From Desulfobacteraceae bacterium CG2_30_51_40 (GTDB lineage: Bacteria > Desulfobacterota > DSM-4660 > Desulfatiglandales > Desulfatiglandaceae), in contig MNYJ01000137.1 of NCBI GenBank assembly GCA_001874005.1, positions 8,535 through 72,534 on the forward strand: a DNA stretch of 64,000 nt, given 5' to 3'. Both the position numbers and the translations under genes were made by a program. Positions 1-8,922 of this stretch are shown in pieces. Position 1 is the first letter of the stretch, and each line of letters starts with the position of its first letter. The notes beneath the pieces are model-generated. The model saw only the letters and a list, made by a program, of their open reading frames with translations, was not told the DNA's origin and made no database searches.

Positions 1-272
1 TCAATGAAGGCTACCATTCCTCCCGCGGCCTGCGCCTCTGCGGCTATGTGAAGAGCAAGGGTGGTCTTCCCGGAGGATTCAGGACCATATATCTCAACTA
101 CTCTTCCCCTGGGCACCCCTCCAATGCCGAGGGCCATATCCAGGGAAAGCGCACCGGTGGATATCGCCGGTATATCGAGGAGCCTATCGGCCCCCATCTT
201 CATAATCGAGCCCCTTCCAAACTGCTTTTCTATCTGAGATATGGCCTGATCTACCGCTCTTTCTTTATCCAT
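1..272 (-). CDS. recA: RecA recombinase, N-terminal ~90 codons (gene continues beyond window start)
   Basis: Own translation of the minus strand from the ATG at 272-270 gives [27 protein letters not shown]...[24 protein letters not shown]. This is a canonical RecA N-terminus with Walker A GPESSGKT. It is not in the ORF track because it is truncated by the window edge. The + ORF 48..329 is its antisense shadow. Confidence 0.9.
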   Translation of the reverse strand, partial: MDKERAVDQAISQIEKQFGRGSIMKMGADRLLDIPAISTGALSLDMALGIGGVPRGRVVEIYGPESSGKTTLALHIAAEAQAAGGMVAFI

Positions 273-325
273 AGCCTTTCTCCTTTCTTATCAAGTTGTG
301 CTGATCGCGCCTGCGGCTTTACTTC

Positions 326-901
326 CTAAAGGCTTCCCTCCAGCCGCCATCTCCCAAGTTCTGAATAAAGAGGCCCCGATGGCTTGAGGTCACTTCTGTA
401 AAACGCTAAATCATTAAGCACCCCCCTTGGGCTTTCAATATTTTTGTAACGGCTCATAATACCGACCAGGTCATCTCCTCCCCCCGTGTCCTGTCTGAAT
501 CTTCCGAGTGTTATATGGGGCCTGAAAGGCCTTTTTTCTTCCTTGATTCCATAGGGCTTGAGAGCCTTCTGCAACGAATCCCTGAAGCTATCCATCCTCT
601 CAATATCGCCGTCCATGCCGATCCATATCACGCGGGGACTCCTGATAGAGCCGAAATAGCCCGCGCCCTTTATCATTAACTCAAAGGGAGCATAGTCGGA
701 GCAAACACCTCTGACGGAGCCCCCGATCGCATCAATGCTTCCTTCTTCCATATCACCCATAAAAACCACTGTCAGATGGATGTTGCCAGGGTGAACCCAC
801 CGAACAGCAAGGCGGCTTTTCCTGAGGCCATCTGAGGTCTTGGCCACAAATTGCGCAAGTTCGTCAGGAAGATCAAAGGCAAGAAATGAACGGATAGCCA
901 C
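326..901 (-). CDS. thpR: RNA 2',3'-cyclic phosphodiesterase (2H phosphoesterase, LigT/ThpR family)
   Basis: 191 aa with the two H-x-T/S-x motifs of 2H phosphoesterases (HLTVVF, HITLGR). It lies in a recA-thpR-cinA neighbourhood. Confidence 0.75.
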   Translation of the reverse strand: MAIRSFLAFDLPDELAQFVAKTSDGLRKSRLAVRWVHPGNIHLTVVFMGDMEEGSIDAIGGSVRGVCSDYAPFELMIKGAGYFGSIRSPRVIWIGMDGDIERMDSFRDSLQKALKPYGIKEEKRPFRPHITLGRFRQDTGGGDDLVGIMSRYKNIESPRGVLNDLAFYRSDLKPSGPLYSELGRWRLEGSL

Positions 902-2129
902 TTAAGTATCTCCTTAATATATCAAGCGCCGCCGTAGCAGTAATTATCTTTATCTGCTCTCTTTTACCTCTGAAAAGAAACTTGAAAGATCGTGTGCCGC
1001 TACGTGTACAGATTCCTATGTAAACGGTACCGACGGGCTTTTCTTCAGTGCCTCCCCGGGGGCCTGCTATGCCTGTCACGGAAAGCCCTATATCCGATTT
1101 AATAACCCTGCAAACACCTCCGGCCATTTCTCCTGCGCTCTGATCGCTCACTGCCCCGTAGGAGGCCAGGGTATCATTTGAAACTCCAAGGAGACGGCTC
1201 TTTGCGTCGTTACTGTAAGCGACCACGCCTCCCAGAAAGTATGAAGAACTTCCTGAAACATTGGTTATCCTGTGGCCTATGAGCCCTCCTGTGCATGATT
1301 CCGCAGTGGAAAGAGTAAGCCCCGCTCTTACCAGGAGCCTTCCGACGACATCTTCCATATTATCCGCATCCCTCGCAAACGCGCTTGGGCCGAGGAGGTC
1401 TTCGATGCCCTTTGTGATTCGTTCCATCTCCGTGAGCAGAAACGGCTTGTCATCTCCCCTGAGGGTAATTGTGATATGGTTTTCAGGAAACTGCGGATAA
1501 AAACCCAGCAAAGCATCCCCGCATCTGCCTTTGATCTGCTTAAAGAGTTCCGCTATCGCAGGCTCCGGTATCCCGAAGACCTTTATGGTGCGCTGAACTA
1601 TGGAAGGGAGGTTTCCGTATTGGGAGATTATCTCCGGAAGCACGAAGTTGTCCATCAGGTATCGCATCTGTTCAGGGACGCCCGGGAGAAAATAGATGCT
1701 TACACCCTTTTCCATCAACGAAAAACCGCACACTCCGGCCCTGGGGTTGATTATGCGGGAACCTTCCGGCATCCAGGCCATCTTTTCAAGAGATGGGGTC
1801 ATCTTTCTGCCGCGCAGCTCCACATAGGCCCTTATTGCCTCAAGCGTTGTCTTATCCAGACACAGAGGCCTTTCCAGCGCCTGGGCGGCTATCCCACAGG
1901 TCACGTCGTCGTCGGTTGAACCGAGTCCGCCTGTAACGATTACGAACCTGGAGGATGAAAGAGCAGAGGCAAGGGCCTCTGTGACCTTTATCTTGTCATC
2001 TCCGACCGATGTGATGCGAACCACCCTGAGCCCGCTTGCCGTGAGCCTCCCGGCCGCGTACCAGGCGTTAAGATCCCTTGTGCGGCCTGAGGTAAGTTCA
2101 TTGCCTATAGTTATTATCTCGCCATACAT
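873..2129 (-). CDS. cinA: CinA family protein (MoCF-binding domain + nicotinamide-nucleotide amidase PncC domain)
   Basis: 418 aa. The N-terminus EIITIGNELTSGRTRDLN and the C-terminal half LSTAESCTGGLIGHRITNVSGSSSYF...VYIG are typical of CinA. Confidence 0.85.
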   Translation of the reverse strand: MYGEIITIGNELTSGRTRDLNAWYAAGRLTASGLRVVRITSVGDDKIKVTEALASALSSSRFVIVTGGLGSTDDDVTCGIAAQALERPLCLDKTTLEAIRAYVELRGRKMTPSLEKMAWMPEGSRIINPRAGVCGFSLMEKGVSIYFLPGVPEQMRYLMDNFVLPEIISQYGNLPSIVQRTIKVFGIPEPAIAELFKQIKGRCGDALLGFYPQFPENHITITLRGDDKPFLLTEMERITKGIEDLLGPSAFARDADNMEDVVGRLLVRAGLTLSTAESCTGGLIGHRITNVSGSSSYFLGGVVAYSNDAKSRLLGVSNDTLASYGAVSDQSAGEMAGGVCRVIKSDIGLSVTGIAGPRGGTEEKPVGTVYIGICTRSGTRSFKFLFRGKREQIKIITATAALDILRRYLSGYPFISCL

Positions 2130-2330
2130 AATTAAAAAAAATCTTTCAGGCGTTTCATTGACAAGTCCATTTCAAAGTTGCTGGTCTCGTAAAAAGCCCC
2201 AAATTGCCTATTTTCGTGATTCCGGCGAAGCCTGTGCCGGGCCACGTTTTTTTTATTGCTCGTCGCTGCGGCCTGCTTCCAGCCACCCTTTATTTCCGGG
2301 AACAAAAAAGGCCCTTTTCGCGGACATCTT

Positions 2331-2858
2331 TCAAAAGCCTTTCATAAACCTATATAGACCGGCATCTAAAAGGAAAAGTGCCGCCATCGCATATAAGCCG
2401 GCAGTAAGATCATCGGCTACTATCCCCAGGCCGCCCTTGAGTTTTTCGAGCGCATTTACTGGAAACGGCTTTATTATATCAAAAAACCGAAACAGTAAAA
2501 AGCCCGCTATTACATTGAACCAGGTAAATGTCACAAAACAGGTCGCAAGCAGAAATCCGGCAACCTCGTCAATAACAACCTCCTGAGGGTCGCTACGGTT
2601 TACTATTGTCGCGTGGAGATCGGAGACCCATATCGCAAGCGCTATTATACCCAGCAATAGCAATATCCTGTAGTTAAGACTGATCTCTGACAGTGCAAAA
2701 GCAAAGGGGATCGCAGCCATGGTTCCAAAGGTGCCGGGTGCCTTTGGAACCAACCCTAATCCAAGACACGTAGCAGACAATACCGCAGCCTTTTTCCCTA
2801 TGGGCAGGCTCCTTAAGTTTTCGAAGATATCTTTAGCTCTTCCTGCTTTCTTAGCCAT
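2331..2858 (-). CDS. pgpA: phosphatidylglycerophosphatase A
   Basis: 175-aa membrane protein with DPQEVVIDEVAGF, FRFFDIIKPFP and GIVADDLTAGLYA motifs characteristic of PgpA. Confidence 0.8.
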   Translation of the reverse strand: MAKKAGRAKDIFENLRSLPIGKKAAVLSATCLGLGLVPKAPGTFGTMAAIPFAFALSEISLNYRILLLLGIIALAIWVSDLHATIVNRSDPQEVVIDEVAGFLLATCFVTFTWFNVIAGFLLFRFFDIIKPFPVNALEKLKGGLGIVADDLTAGLYAMAALFLLDAGLYRFMKGF

Positions 2859-2895
2859 ATATCCCCAACAGATTTGATAGAGATGTAATTATCTA

Positions 2896-3165
2896 GTGTC
2901 CATCCGGAAATGAGATAGTTTCGTCGAGTTCAAGGCGGGCGATAATTTTAACCACTGGAATACATTGACGTATTTCGAGGATTAAAATTTGAGCCCAACG
3001 CCGAAATCGGTGAAAATAGCCATTTACGGATGGGAACCATCTACAGGTCTTCTGCCGCACGAGAACCGTGCGCCCTTCGCCTAAAGGCGCATCTATAGAA
3101 GCTGATTCCTGGTCCGCATGACCTGGTCTGCGCAAAGCCATCCCCCCAATTATTGAGCTGATACT
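2896..3165 (+). repeat. Repeat family D, full-length copy (~270 nt, non-coding, structured)
   Basis: The 5' 138 nt are about 96 % identical (5 mismatches by eye) to the inverted copy at 18849-18986. The 3' ~70 nt are about 93 % identical to 26361-26429. ORF 2893..3141(-) has no protein-like features. Confidence 0.6.
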
Positions 3166-3213
3166 ATCTTCCTATATTCTAACCCCCATAGCACAAAAGG
3201 GACACAACAAAGC

Positions 3214-3418
3214 ATGAAAATCACCCCCATCCTTCCCTCCCCCGTCGAGGGGGAGGGAATAATGCTGACGCATCCCGGCGTTTCGACGGAAAAAGGGGAG
3301 GGAATAATGCGGCCGTACCCCTGCCTTTCGACGGTAAAGGGGGAGAGAGTAATGATGCCGCCGTATCCCTACGTTTCGACGGTAAAGGGAGAGGGATAAA
3401 CGCAGGGGGCATTTTCAT
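3214..3418. repeat. MITE-like element (family B): terminal inverted repeats ATGAAAATCACCCCC / GGGGGCATTTTCAT, 11-bp GC hairpin, ~3.5 internal tandem ~47-bp units
   Basis: TIRs lie at 3214-3228 and 3405-3418. The hairpin is TTCCCTCCCCC-gtcga-GGGGGAGGGAA. The unit gtttcgacggNaaaggggaggg..taatg.. is repeated. Shorter copies lie at 24029-24123, 37238-37304 and 54221-54287. Confidence 0.6.
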
Positions 3419-3423
3419 ATAAA

Positions 3424-4602
3424 CTAAGCAGTCACTGAGCTATGGTTCAATCCGGAGACCCAGGCATATACCGATCTGAGGGGCACATTTTCTTGAATAG
3501 CAATCCTTCTGCATTCCTCATATTCGGGAATGATGAACAATGTCCCGTCTCTGTTTCCTGCCTGCTTGGCATTCATCATGCCCCAGGGGGTCTCTATCCG
3601 GACGGATTGCCTCTCCATGATCGTTCGTTGCATAAAGGATGTCCTTACGCCCAGGGTCCCTGTCTCCCTGAAGAGCACCTCCGTAACTGCGCCTTTCAAA
3701 TGAGGCGGGGAGATTACCTGCGCATGAACTCCGGGCCGGTTCTTCTTCATCTGGGCCGGCATGAAAACAACGTCCAGTGCTCCGGCTTTAAAGAGCCTCT
3801 CCATCGCGTATCCGAGCCATTCAGGGTTTGCGTCGTCCATATCCGTTTCAATAACTGATACGGTTTCCGTCTCAGGGCCTGAGGTGTGCCTTCCTATCAG
3901 GATGCGCAGGAGATTTGGTCTGTCCGGAAGGTCCCTCGTCCCCACACCGTATCCTATCGAATCTATGGCCATCGGAGGCATGGTCCCGAAGGATGAAGAA
4001 AACTCTGTAACAAGCGCGGCGCCTGTTGGAGTGACCATTTCAAAGGGGATGCCGGCGCTGTAAACCGGGACACCCTTTAGAAGTGCTACTGTCGCTGGGG
4101 CAGGCACAGGGATCGTTCCGTGCATACTCTTGGTAAAGCCGTTTCCCAGGGGAAGTGTCGAGGTACGGATGTCTGTTATGCCCAGATATTCGATGCAGAA
4201 AACAGCACCCACTATATCAATGATGGAATCAACGGCGCCTACTTCGTGGAAATGAACCTCTTCTAGGGAAACTCCATGAATCTGCGCCTCGGCAACAGCA
4301 AGGCGTTCAAAGACCGCTTTACTGCGCCCCTTCACTCCCGCGCTCAGATTGCTATCCTCTATCAGCTTCTTTATGTCGGAGAGGTTTCTGTGGATTTTTT
4401 TCCCTGATGAATCTTTGACGGTAAAACGGGTTCCTGAGATGTGATGTCTTTTTTCTTTCCTGGCATCCAGGGCATAGCCCCTGAATGGGACGGTCTCAAT
4501 GGCCTTTGTGAGCGCCTCAAGGGGGACTCCCCCATCCAGAAGAGCCCCGAGGAGCATGTCTCCGCTGATCCCGGAGAAGCAGTCCAGATAAGCTGTTTTC
4601 AT
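3424..4602 (-). CDS. larC: Nickel insertion protein LarC (NPN-cofactor nickel insertase, DUF111 family)
   Basis: 392 aa. The N-terminus MKTAYLDCFSGISGDMLLGALLDGG is the hallmark LarC/DUF111 start, and the length fits. Confidence 0.85.
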   Translation of the reverse strand: MKTAYLDCFSGISGDMLLGALLDGGVPLEALTKAIETVPFRGYALDARKEKRHHISGTRFTVKDSSGKKIHRNLSDIKKLIEDSNLSAGVKGRSKAVFERLAVAEAQIHGVSLEEVHFHEVGAVDSIIDIVGAVFCIEYLGITDIRTSTLPLGNGFTKSMHGTIPVPAPATVALLKGVPVYSAGIPFEMVTPTGAALVTEFSSSFGTMPPMAIDSIGYGVGTRDLPDRPNLLRILIGRHTSGPETETVSVIETDMDDANPEWLGYAMERLFKAGALDVVFMPAQMKKNRPGVHAQVISPPHLKGAVTEVLFRETGTLGVRTSFMQRTIMERQSVRIETPWGMMNAKQAGNRDGTLFIIPEYEECRRIAIQENVPLRSVYAWVSGLNHSSVTA

Positions 4603-4615
4603 TCGGCCTTCATAT

Positions 4616-4650
4616 AAAAAGGCCCTGTCTGAAAAGAACAGGGCCTTTTA
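4616..4650. terminator. Bidirectional rho-independent terminator between the Fe-S protein gene and larC
   Basis: The stem is GGCCCTG (4621-4627) / CAGGGCC (4639-4645). It is flanked by an A-run upstream and TTTTA downstream, so it reads as hairpin plus T-run on both strands. Confidence 0.6.
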
Positions 4651-4663
4651 TTGAGAGATTTAA

Positions 4664-5812
4664 TCACAGGGCCTCTGCGATCAGTTCCGAAATGTCCCTT
4701 ATCTCGATTTCGCTTTCTTTGTTGGTGGTCTTTCTGCTGTCTTCCAACATGGATACGCAATAGGGACAAGCGGTTGCAAGGATCGAAGCGCCTGTTTCAC
4801 ATGCCTCGTGGATCCTGAGATCAGAAAATCTCCACTCGGGTTTTGTTTCCATCCAGAGCCTTCCGCCTCCGGCGCCGCAGCAGAGGCTTTCCTTTTTTAT
4901 GCGCTTCATCTCGACCAGATTACCGCCTGTCACAGCGGATATAAGCTCTCTTGGCTCATCATAGACCTCACTGTGCCTTCCAAGATAGCATGGGTCGTGG
5001 TAGGTAACCCTTTTGTCCAGGGTCTTTGAGAGCTTGAGCTTTCCGTTTGCAAGGAGTTCGGAAAGAAGCTGGGTGTAGTGAACCACTTCAAAATCCGCTC
5101 CCAGATCGGGATACTCCTTCTTGAAGGTATAAAAGCAGTGAGGAGATGTAGTAATTACCTTCTTTACGCCCTTTTCACCGAATAGGCCTATATTTTTCTC
5201 CGCTGTCTTGGCGAATAGTTCCTCGTCTCCTATCTTTCTTACGGACTCACCACAGCAGTTTTCCTCGATGCCTATGACCCCGTAGCTCACCCCCGCTGCA
5301 GCCAGCACCTTTATCATTGCCTTGGCTATGTTTTGACTTCTTACGTCATAGGCGGACGTGCAGCATATAGAAAGAAAGTATTCCTTATCGGGCCCGAAGG
5401 CCGGGACCTCAAGGGACTGGGTCCAGGCTATCCTTTTTTCCCTGGGTTCCGACCATGGGTTACCGTTACTGTGGACGCTGCCTGTGACTGTCCTCAAAAC
5501 GCCCGGGATGGCTCCTGTCTCTGCGATCATGGCCCTCATGGCCCTCACGACATCGATAATAGTGACTCCTCTGGGGCACTTGAGCACGCACTTATTGCAA
5601 GTGGTGCATCCGTAAAGAACATCGGCGGATTCATAGCCTTCGACTCCCAGTTGAGCCATGCGTATCAATTTTCTTATGTTGAATGGGCCGTTTACCAGCC
5701 TCCACGGGCATGATCCGGCGCACATGCCGCACTGCATGCAGAGATTGAGTTTTTCGGCCCCCATGGCTACCAGGGCCTGATTTACTTCATATAAAGGGGT
5801 TAATGCCTCCAT
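4664..5812 (-). CDS. (Fe-S)-binding oxidoreductase subunit, HdrD/GlcF/GlpC-like (2x[4Fe-4S] + CCG domains)
   Basis: 382 aa with two ferredoxin-type motifs (CMQCGMCAGSCP, CTTCNKCVLKCP) and CCG motifs (ENCCGE, LCCGAGGG). Confidence 0.75.
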   Translation of the reverse strand: MEALTPLYEVNQALVAMGAEKLNLCMQCGMCAGSCPWRLVNGPFNIRKLIRMAQLGVEGYESADVLYGCTTCNKCVLKCPRGVTIIDVVRAMRAMIAETGAIPGVLRTVTGSVHSNGNPWSEPREKRIAWTQSLEVPAFGPDKEYFLSICCTSAYDVRSQNIAKAMIKVLAAAGVSYGVIGIEENCCGESVRKIGDEELFAKTAEKNIGLFGEKGVKKVITTSPHCFYTFKKEYPDLGADFEVVHYTQLLSELLANGKLKLSKTLDKRVTYHDPCYLGRHSEVYDEPRELISAVTGGNLVEMKRIKKESLCCGAGGGRLWMETKPEWRFSDLRIHEACETGASILATACPYCVSMLEDSRKTTNKESEIEIRDISELIAEAL

Positions 5813-5858
5813 CAGATAACTTGCTCCTTTCGTTGATATAAGCGCTGCCGATCATTTT

Positions 5859-6866
5859 TTAGTGAAAATCGGAAGAATGTGATTTTTTTAACAAACCCCC
5901 CCCATCATTGTCAACACTTGAATGGCCCGGGAAATAGAACGGCGTGCTTGAAGTGAAGTCAGGCACAAAGGCGCTTCTTCCATCAACCGAAAGGCAATTA
6001 TCTTCAGGAAACTGGATAAAGAGGTTTTCAAATCCAAGGTCCAGACAGTGACCATAGACCCTTTCGAATTCCTCGATGCTAATCCTCCTGTTGAGCGAAG
6101 CATCCTTATGCTCTTTCAAGGGTTGATATTGGGACATAAGACTGAGGGGAAGTTCTGATCCGAATTCCAGATACAGGTTTGTGATGGCGTTGATGGAGTT
6201 TTCCACATGGCCGGGCAGGATGAGATGTCTTGCCAGCACCCCCTTTGACGCAATCGCTCCCTCGCATTGCGCGTCAAGAAATCCCTTCTGCTTTACCATC
6301 TCTGTTATGGCGTCAAGAGCTTTCCGGGGATAGTCCGGGCAGCTTGAAAGGAGGGCGGCAAGCCTGGATTCCGAATACTTGTAATCAGGCAGGTAGATAT
6401 CTGTAAAGCCTGAGGATATCTTAAGAAATTCAATGGACTGATAGCCGGAGAGATTAAGCATTATCGGCGTCGGCACACCTTCCTGTCTTATCAACTCCAC
6501 GGTTCTTTCAAGGTGTGGAAGGAAATGGTCTGGTGTTACAAAGTTTAGGTTATGGACCCTTGTTCTTACAGCAAGGTCTTTCAATGCTTCGGCAAGCTCT
6601 TGACAGCTAAATTTTCTTCCGATTCCATCGTGGGAAATCTGATGGTTCTGGCAGAACGAACACCTCAGGGAACAACCGGAAAAAAAGACTGTCCCTGATC
6701 CCCTGGTGCCGGTCAGGGGAGGCTCCTCCCCGAAGTGAGGGCCCACATAGGCGATTCGAAGCTCGCCGGTCTCGCCGCAGAAGCCTTTATTTTCCCCTCT
6801 TGTGCGGTCAGTCCCGCATCTTCGGGGGCAAAGCCTGCAATGCCTGTATGCGTCAAAAAGCTCCAT
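5859..6866 (-). CDS. Radical SAM protein, PflX-like (pyruvate formate-lyase activase homologue)
   Basis: 335 aa with the CxxxCxxC motif CSLRCSFCQN. The N-terminal Cys-rich segment (CRLCPRRCG) is as in COG1313-type proteins. Confidence 0.7.
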   Translation of the reverse strand: MELFDAYRHCRLCPRRCGTDRTRGENKGFCGETGELRIAYVGPHFGEEPPLTGTRGSGTVFFSGCSLRCSFCQNHQISHDGIGRKFSCQELAEALKDLAVRTRVHNLNFVTPDHFLPHLERTVELIRQEGVPTPIMLNLSGYQSIEFLKISSGFTDIYLPDYKYSESRLAALLSSCPDYPRKALDAITEMVKQKGFLDAQCEGAIASKGVLARHLILPGHVENSINAITNLYLEFGSELPLSLMSQYQPLKEHKDASLNRRISIEEFERVYGHCLDLGFENLFIQFPEDNCLSVDGRSAFVPDFTSSTPFYFPGHSSVDNDGGGLLKKSHSSDFH

Positions 6867-7209
6867 TTTCGATCCTGGCTGAGATTTGCTCCCGGCCTTT
6901 CATCTTTGTTGTGACAAGGGCTTTAAGGCTCACTATATAGACTGCCTTTTGTGGCACATTTCCAGGGACATTAAGAAATAACCCTTCTATCATAGAAGGC
7001 CCGCTTAGAGATATTACCGGAGATTACGCCAGAGAAATAAAATTGCCAAGCAATATTGGAAGCATTCTCATCCGGAAATGGCCGTTCAGGTTAACCCTTG
7101 ATTCTCGATGTATTAAAATATGATAATGCGCTCAAAAGCAAGAAAGCGAGTCGAGAGGCTTGTCGCTGTTTCCGACCATTTGTCCCTAATCAATTTCAGG
7201 AGGATAGCT

Positions 7210-8742
7210 ATGGCAGTCAAGACCTATGAGGAATACTTTGATCGCATAAAAAAACTCAAGAGAAACGTCTATGTCAAAGGGGAAAGGGTTGACAGGACAG
7301 AATACGATGGGCTTCGGGGAGCATTCAGAACCATCAGAGAGACCTATGATTGTTCAAATGATCCCAGGTACATGGACCTGTGCAGGACAAAATCCCATCT
7401 TAACGGTGATGAGATTAGCAGGTTCACTCACATTCACCAGAGTGTTGAAGACCTTTTAAATAAACAGAGGATGACTCGCGTATTGTGCCACAGGACAGGC
7501 GGGTGCATCCAGCGCTGCATGGGCATAGACGCCATGAACGCACTTTCGGTTGTAACCCATGAGATGGACCAGATATTAAAGACTGACTGTAACAGCAACT
7601 TTTTAAAATATCTGGCCTATTGGCAGAAGGAAGACATTACCGCAAACTGCGCCCAGACCGATACAAAGGGCCATCGCCTGAAAAGGCCCCATGAGCAGGA
7701 CGACCCAGATCTCTATGTGCGCATCGTGGAGAGCAGGCCGGACGGCATTGTGGTAAGGGGCGCAAAGGTAGATAATACCGCTGCCCCTGTAAGCGATGAG
7801 ATCATAGTTATCCCCACGCGTTTCATGACTGATAAGGACAACGAATATGCGGTAGCGTTTTCGGTTCCGGCGGACTTTGACGGGGTAAAGATGCTTGTCC
7901 GTCCCGCCAACCATCACAAGAGGACCCATCTTCCAGCCCCTATAGCAGAGATTGGAGACGGCGAATCCTTCACCATATTTGATGATGTCTTTGTGCCAAG
8001 GGACCGGGTCTTTATGGACGGGAAGGGAGATCCCAGGCAGACTCCCTTTGCGGGGTTTCTGGCACTGCTATTTGCCCACTACCACCGCCATTCCTACACC
8101 GGATGCAAGCCGGCTGTCTCAGAGATACTTGCAAGCGCGGCAGCCCTTGTCTCAGAATACAACGGTATTGAGGGGGTGGATCACGTAAAGGACAAGATAT
8201 CCCACCTGATAGGTACGGCTGAACTAGTCTTTGCGGCGGGCCAGGTGAGCGCTTACAGGGCCGAGAGATCTTCTTCCGGCACCTTTATCCCTGATGAAAT
8301 CCTGACCAACGCGGGCAGGAGATTGGCCGGGGAAGAGATCTATAACGAGTTCAAGATAGTCGCTGACCTGGCGGGAGGACTCTGCGCTACCATGCCCTTT
8401 GAGGAGGAGTTTTTCAGCAAGGAGACAGGCCCCCTTGCCAATAAATATATGATGCGAAACCCCAAGATATCGGCGGAAGACCAGCATCGCTGCTTCAGGG
8501 GTATTGAGAATCTGGTGGTATCCGAGCTTGCCACGGTCAATCAGGTAGCCGGCCTTCACGGAGGCGGCTCACCTCAGATGGAGACCATCGCCATGATGTC
8601 CCGCTATGATCTAGGTGCACTCAAAAATATAGCCAGGTATCTCTTCGGGATAGACAAGGACATGCCGGTTTATGAAAGGCCCACGGTGACTCCCAGAAAG
8701 CAACTTGAAAGATTCAAGAAAATCTTCGGCTCCAAGGCCTGA
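7210..8742 (+). CDS. 4-hydroxybutyryl-CoA dehydratase/vinylacetyl-CoA isomerase family protein (AbfD / HpaB-like fold)
   Basis: I prefer the ATG at 7210 (RBS caGGAGGatagct) over the ORF-track start 7120. GGCIQRC (C-x3-C) and HRHSYTGC (H-x6-C) match the spacing of the [4Fe-4S] ligands of AbfD. Confidence 0.65.
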   Translation: MAVKTYEEYFDRIKKLKRNVYVKGERVDRTEYDGLRGAFRTIRETYDCSNDPRYMDLCRTKSHLNGDEISRFTHIHQSVEDLLNKQRMTRVLCHRTGGCIQRCMGIDAMNALSVVTHEMDQILKTDCNSNFLKYLAYWQKEDITANCAQTDTKGHRLKRPHEQDDPDLYVRIVESRPDGIVVRGAKVDNTAAPVSDEIIVIPTRFMTDKDNEYAVAFSVPADFDGVKMLVRPANHHKRTHLPAPIAEIGDGESFTIFDDVFVPRDRVFMDGKGDPRQTPFAGFLALLFAHYHRHSYTGCKPAVSEILASAAALVSEYNGIEGVDHVKDKISHLIGTAELVFAAGQVSAYRAERSSSGTFIPDEILTNAGRRLAGEEIYNEFKIVADLAGGLCATMPFEEEFFSKETGPLANKYMMRNPKISAEDQHRCFRGIENLVVSELATVNQVAGLHGGGSPQMETIAMMSRYDLGALKNIARYLFGIDKDMPVYERPTVTPRKQLERFKKIFGSKA

Positions 8743-8922
8743 TTTTGAATCTCCAGGGTGCATTTTCCGTGGCTTGAGGTAGAGTCGTCATGACGGCGAG
8801 GCATTTTTCGGACCTTGATATGCGGGCCTGGATCAATAAAAGCCGGCCGGATTCCGTGCCAATAATGTAACGTCGGTCAAGGAGGGAAGACGGCACCCCG
8901 CTCTCATAGCAGGGGTCGTTAA

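Noticed and set aside
48-329. 93-aa plus-strand ORF at the window start
   Set aside because: It is antisense to the unmistakable recA N-terminus.
2896-3165. Element D as a group II intron fragment (copy 2 is preceded by GTGCG on its own strand)
   Set aside because: Homology between copies starts downstream of the GTGCG. The element is only ~270 nt. I could not find a domain V-like 34-nt hairpin with an AGC triad, and there is no RT/maturase ORF.
3214-3418. Regularly spaced ~47-bp repeats that at first glance resemble a small CRISPR array, with ORFs on both strands
   Set aside because: The whole unit is repeated with no unique spacers. The array is bounded by terminal inverted repeats shared with 67-bp elements elsewhere, and no cas genes are present. 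The ORFs merely translate the repeat.
7120-7209. Upstream extension of the AbfD-like ORF (track start 7120)
   Set aside because: The extension MIMRSKARKRVERLVAVSDHLSLINFRRIA has no counterpart in the family as I remember it. A good RBS (GGAGG) precedes the ATG at 7210.
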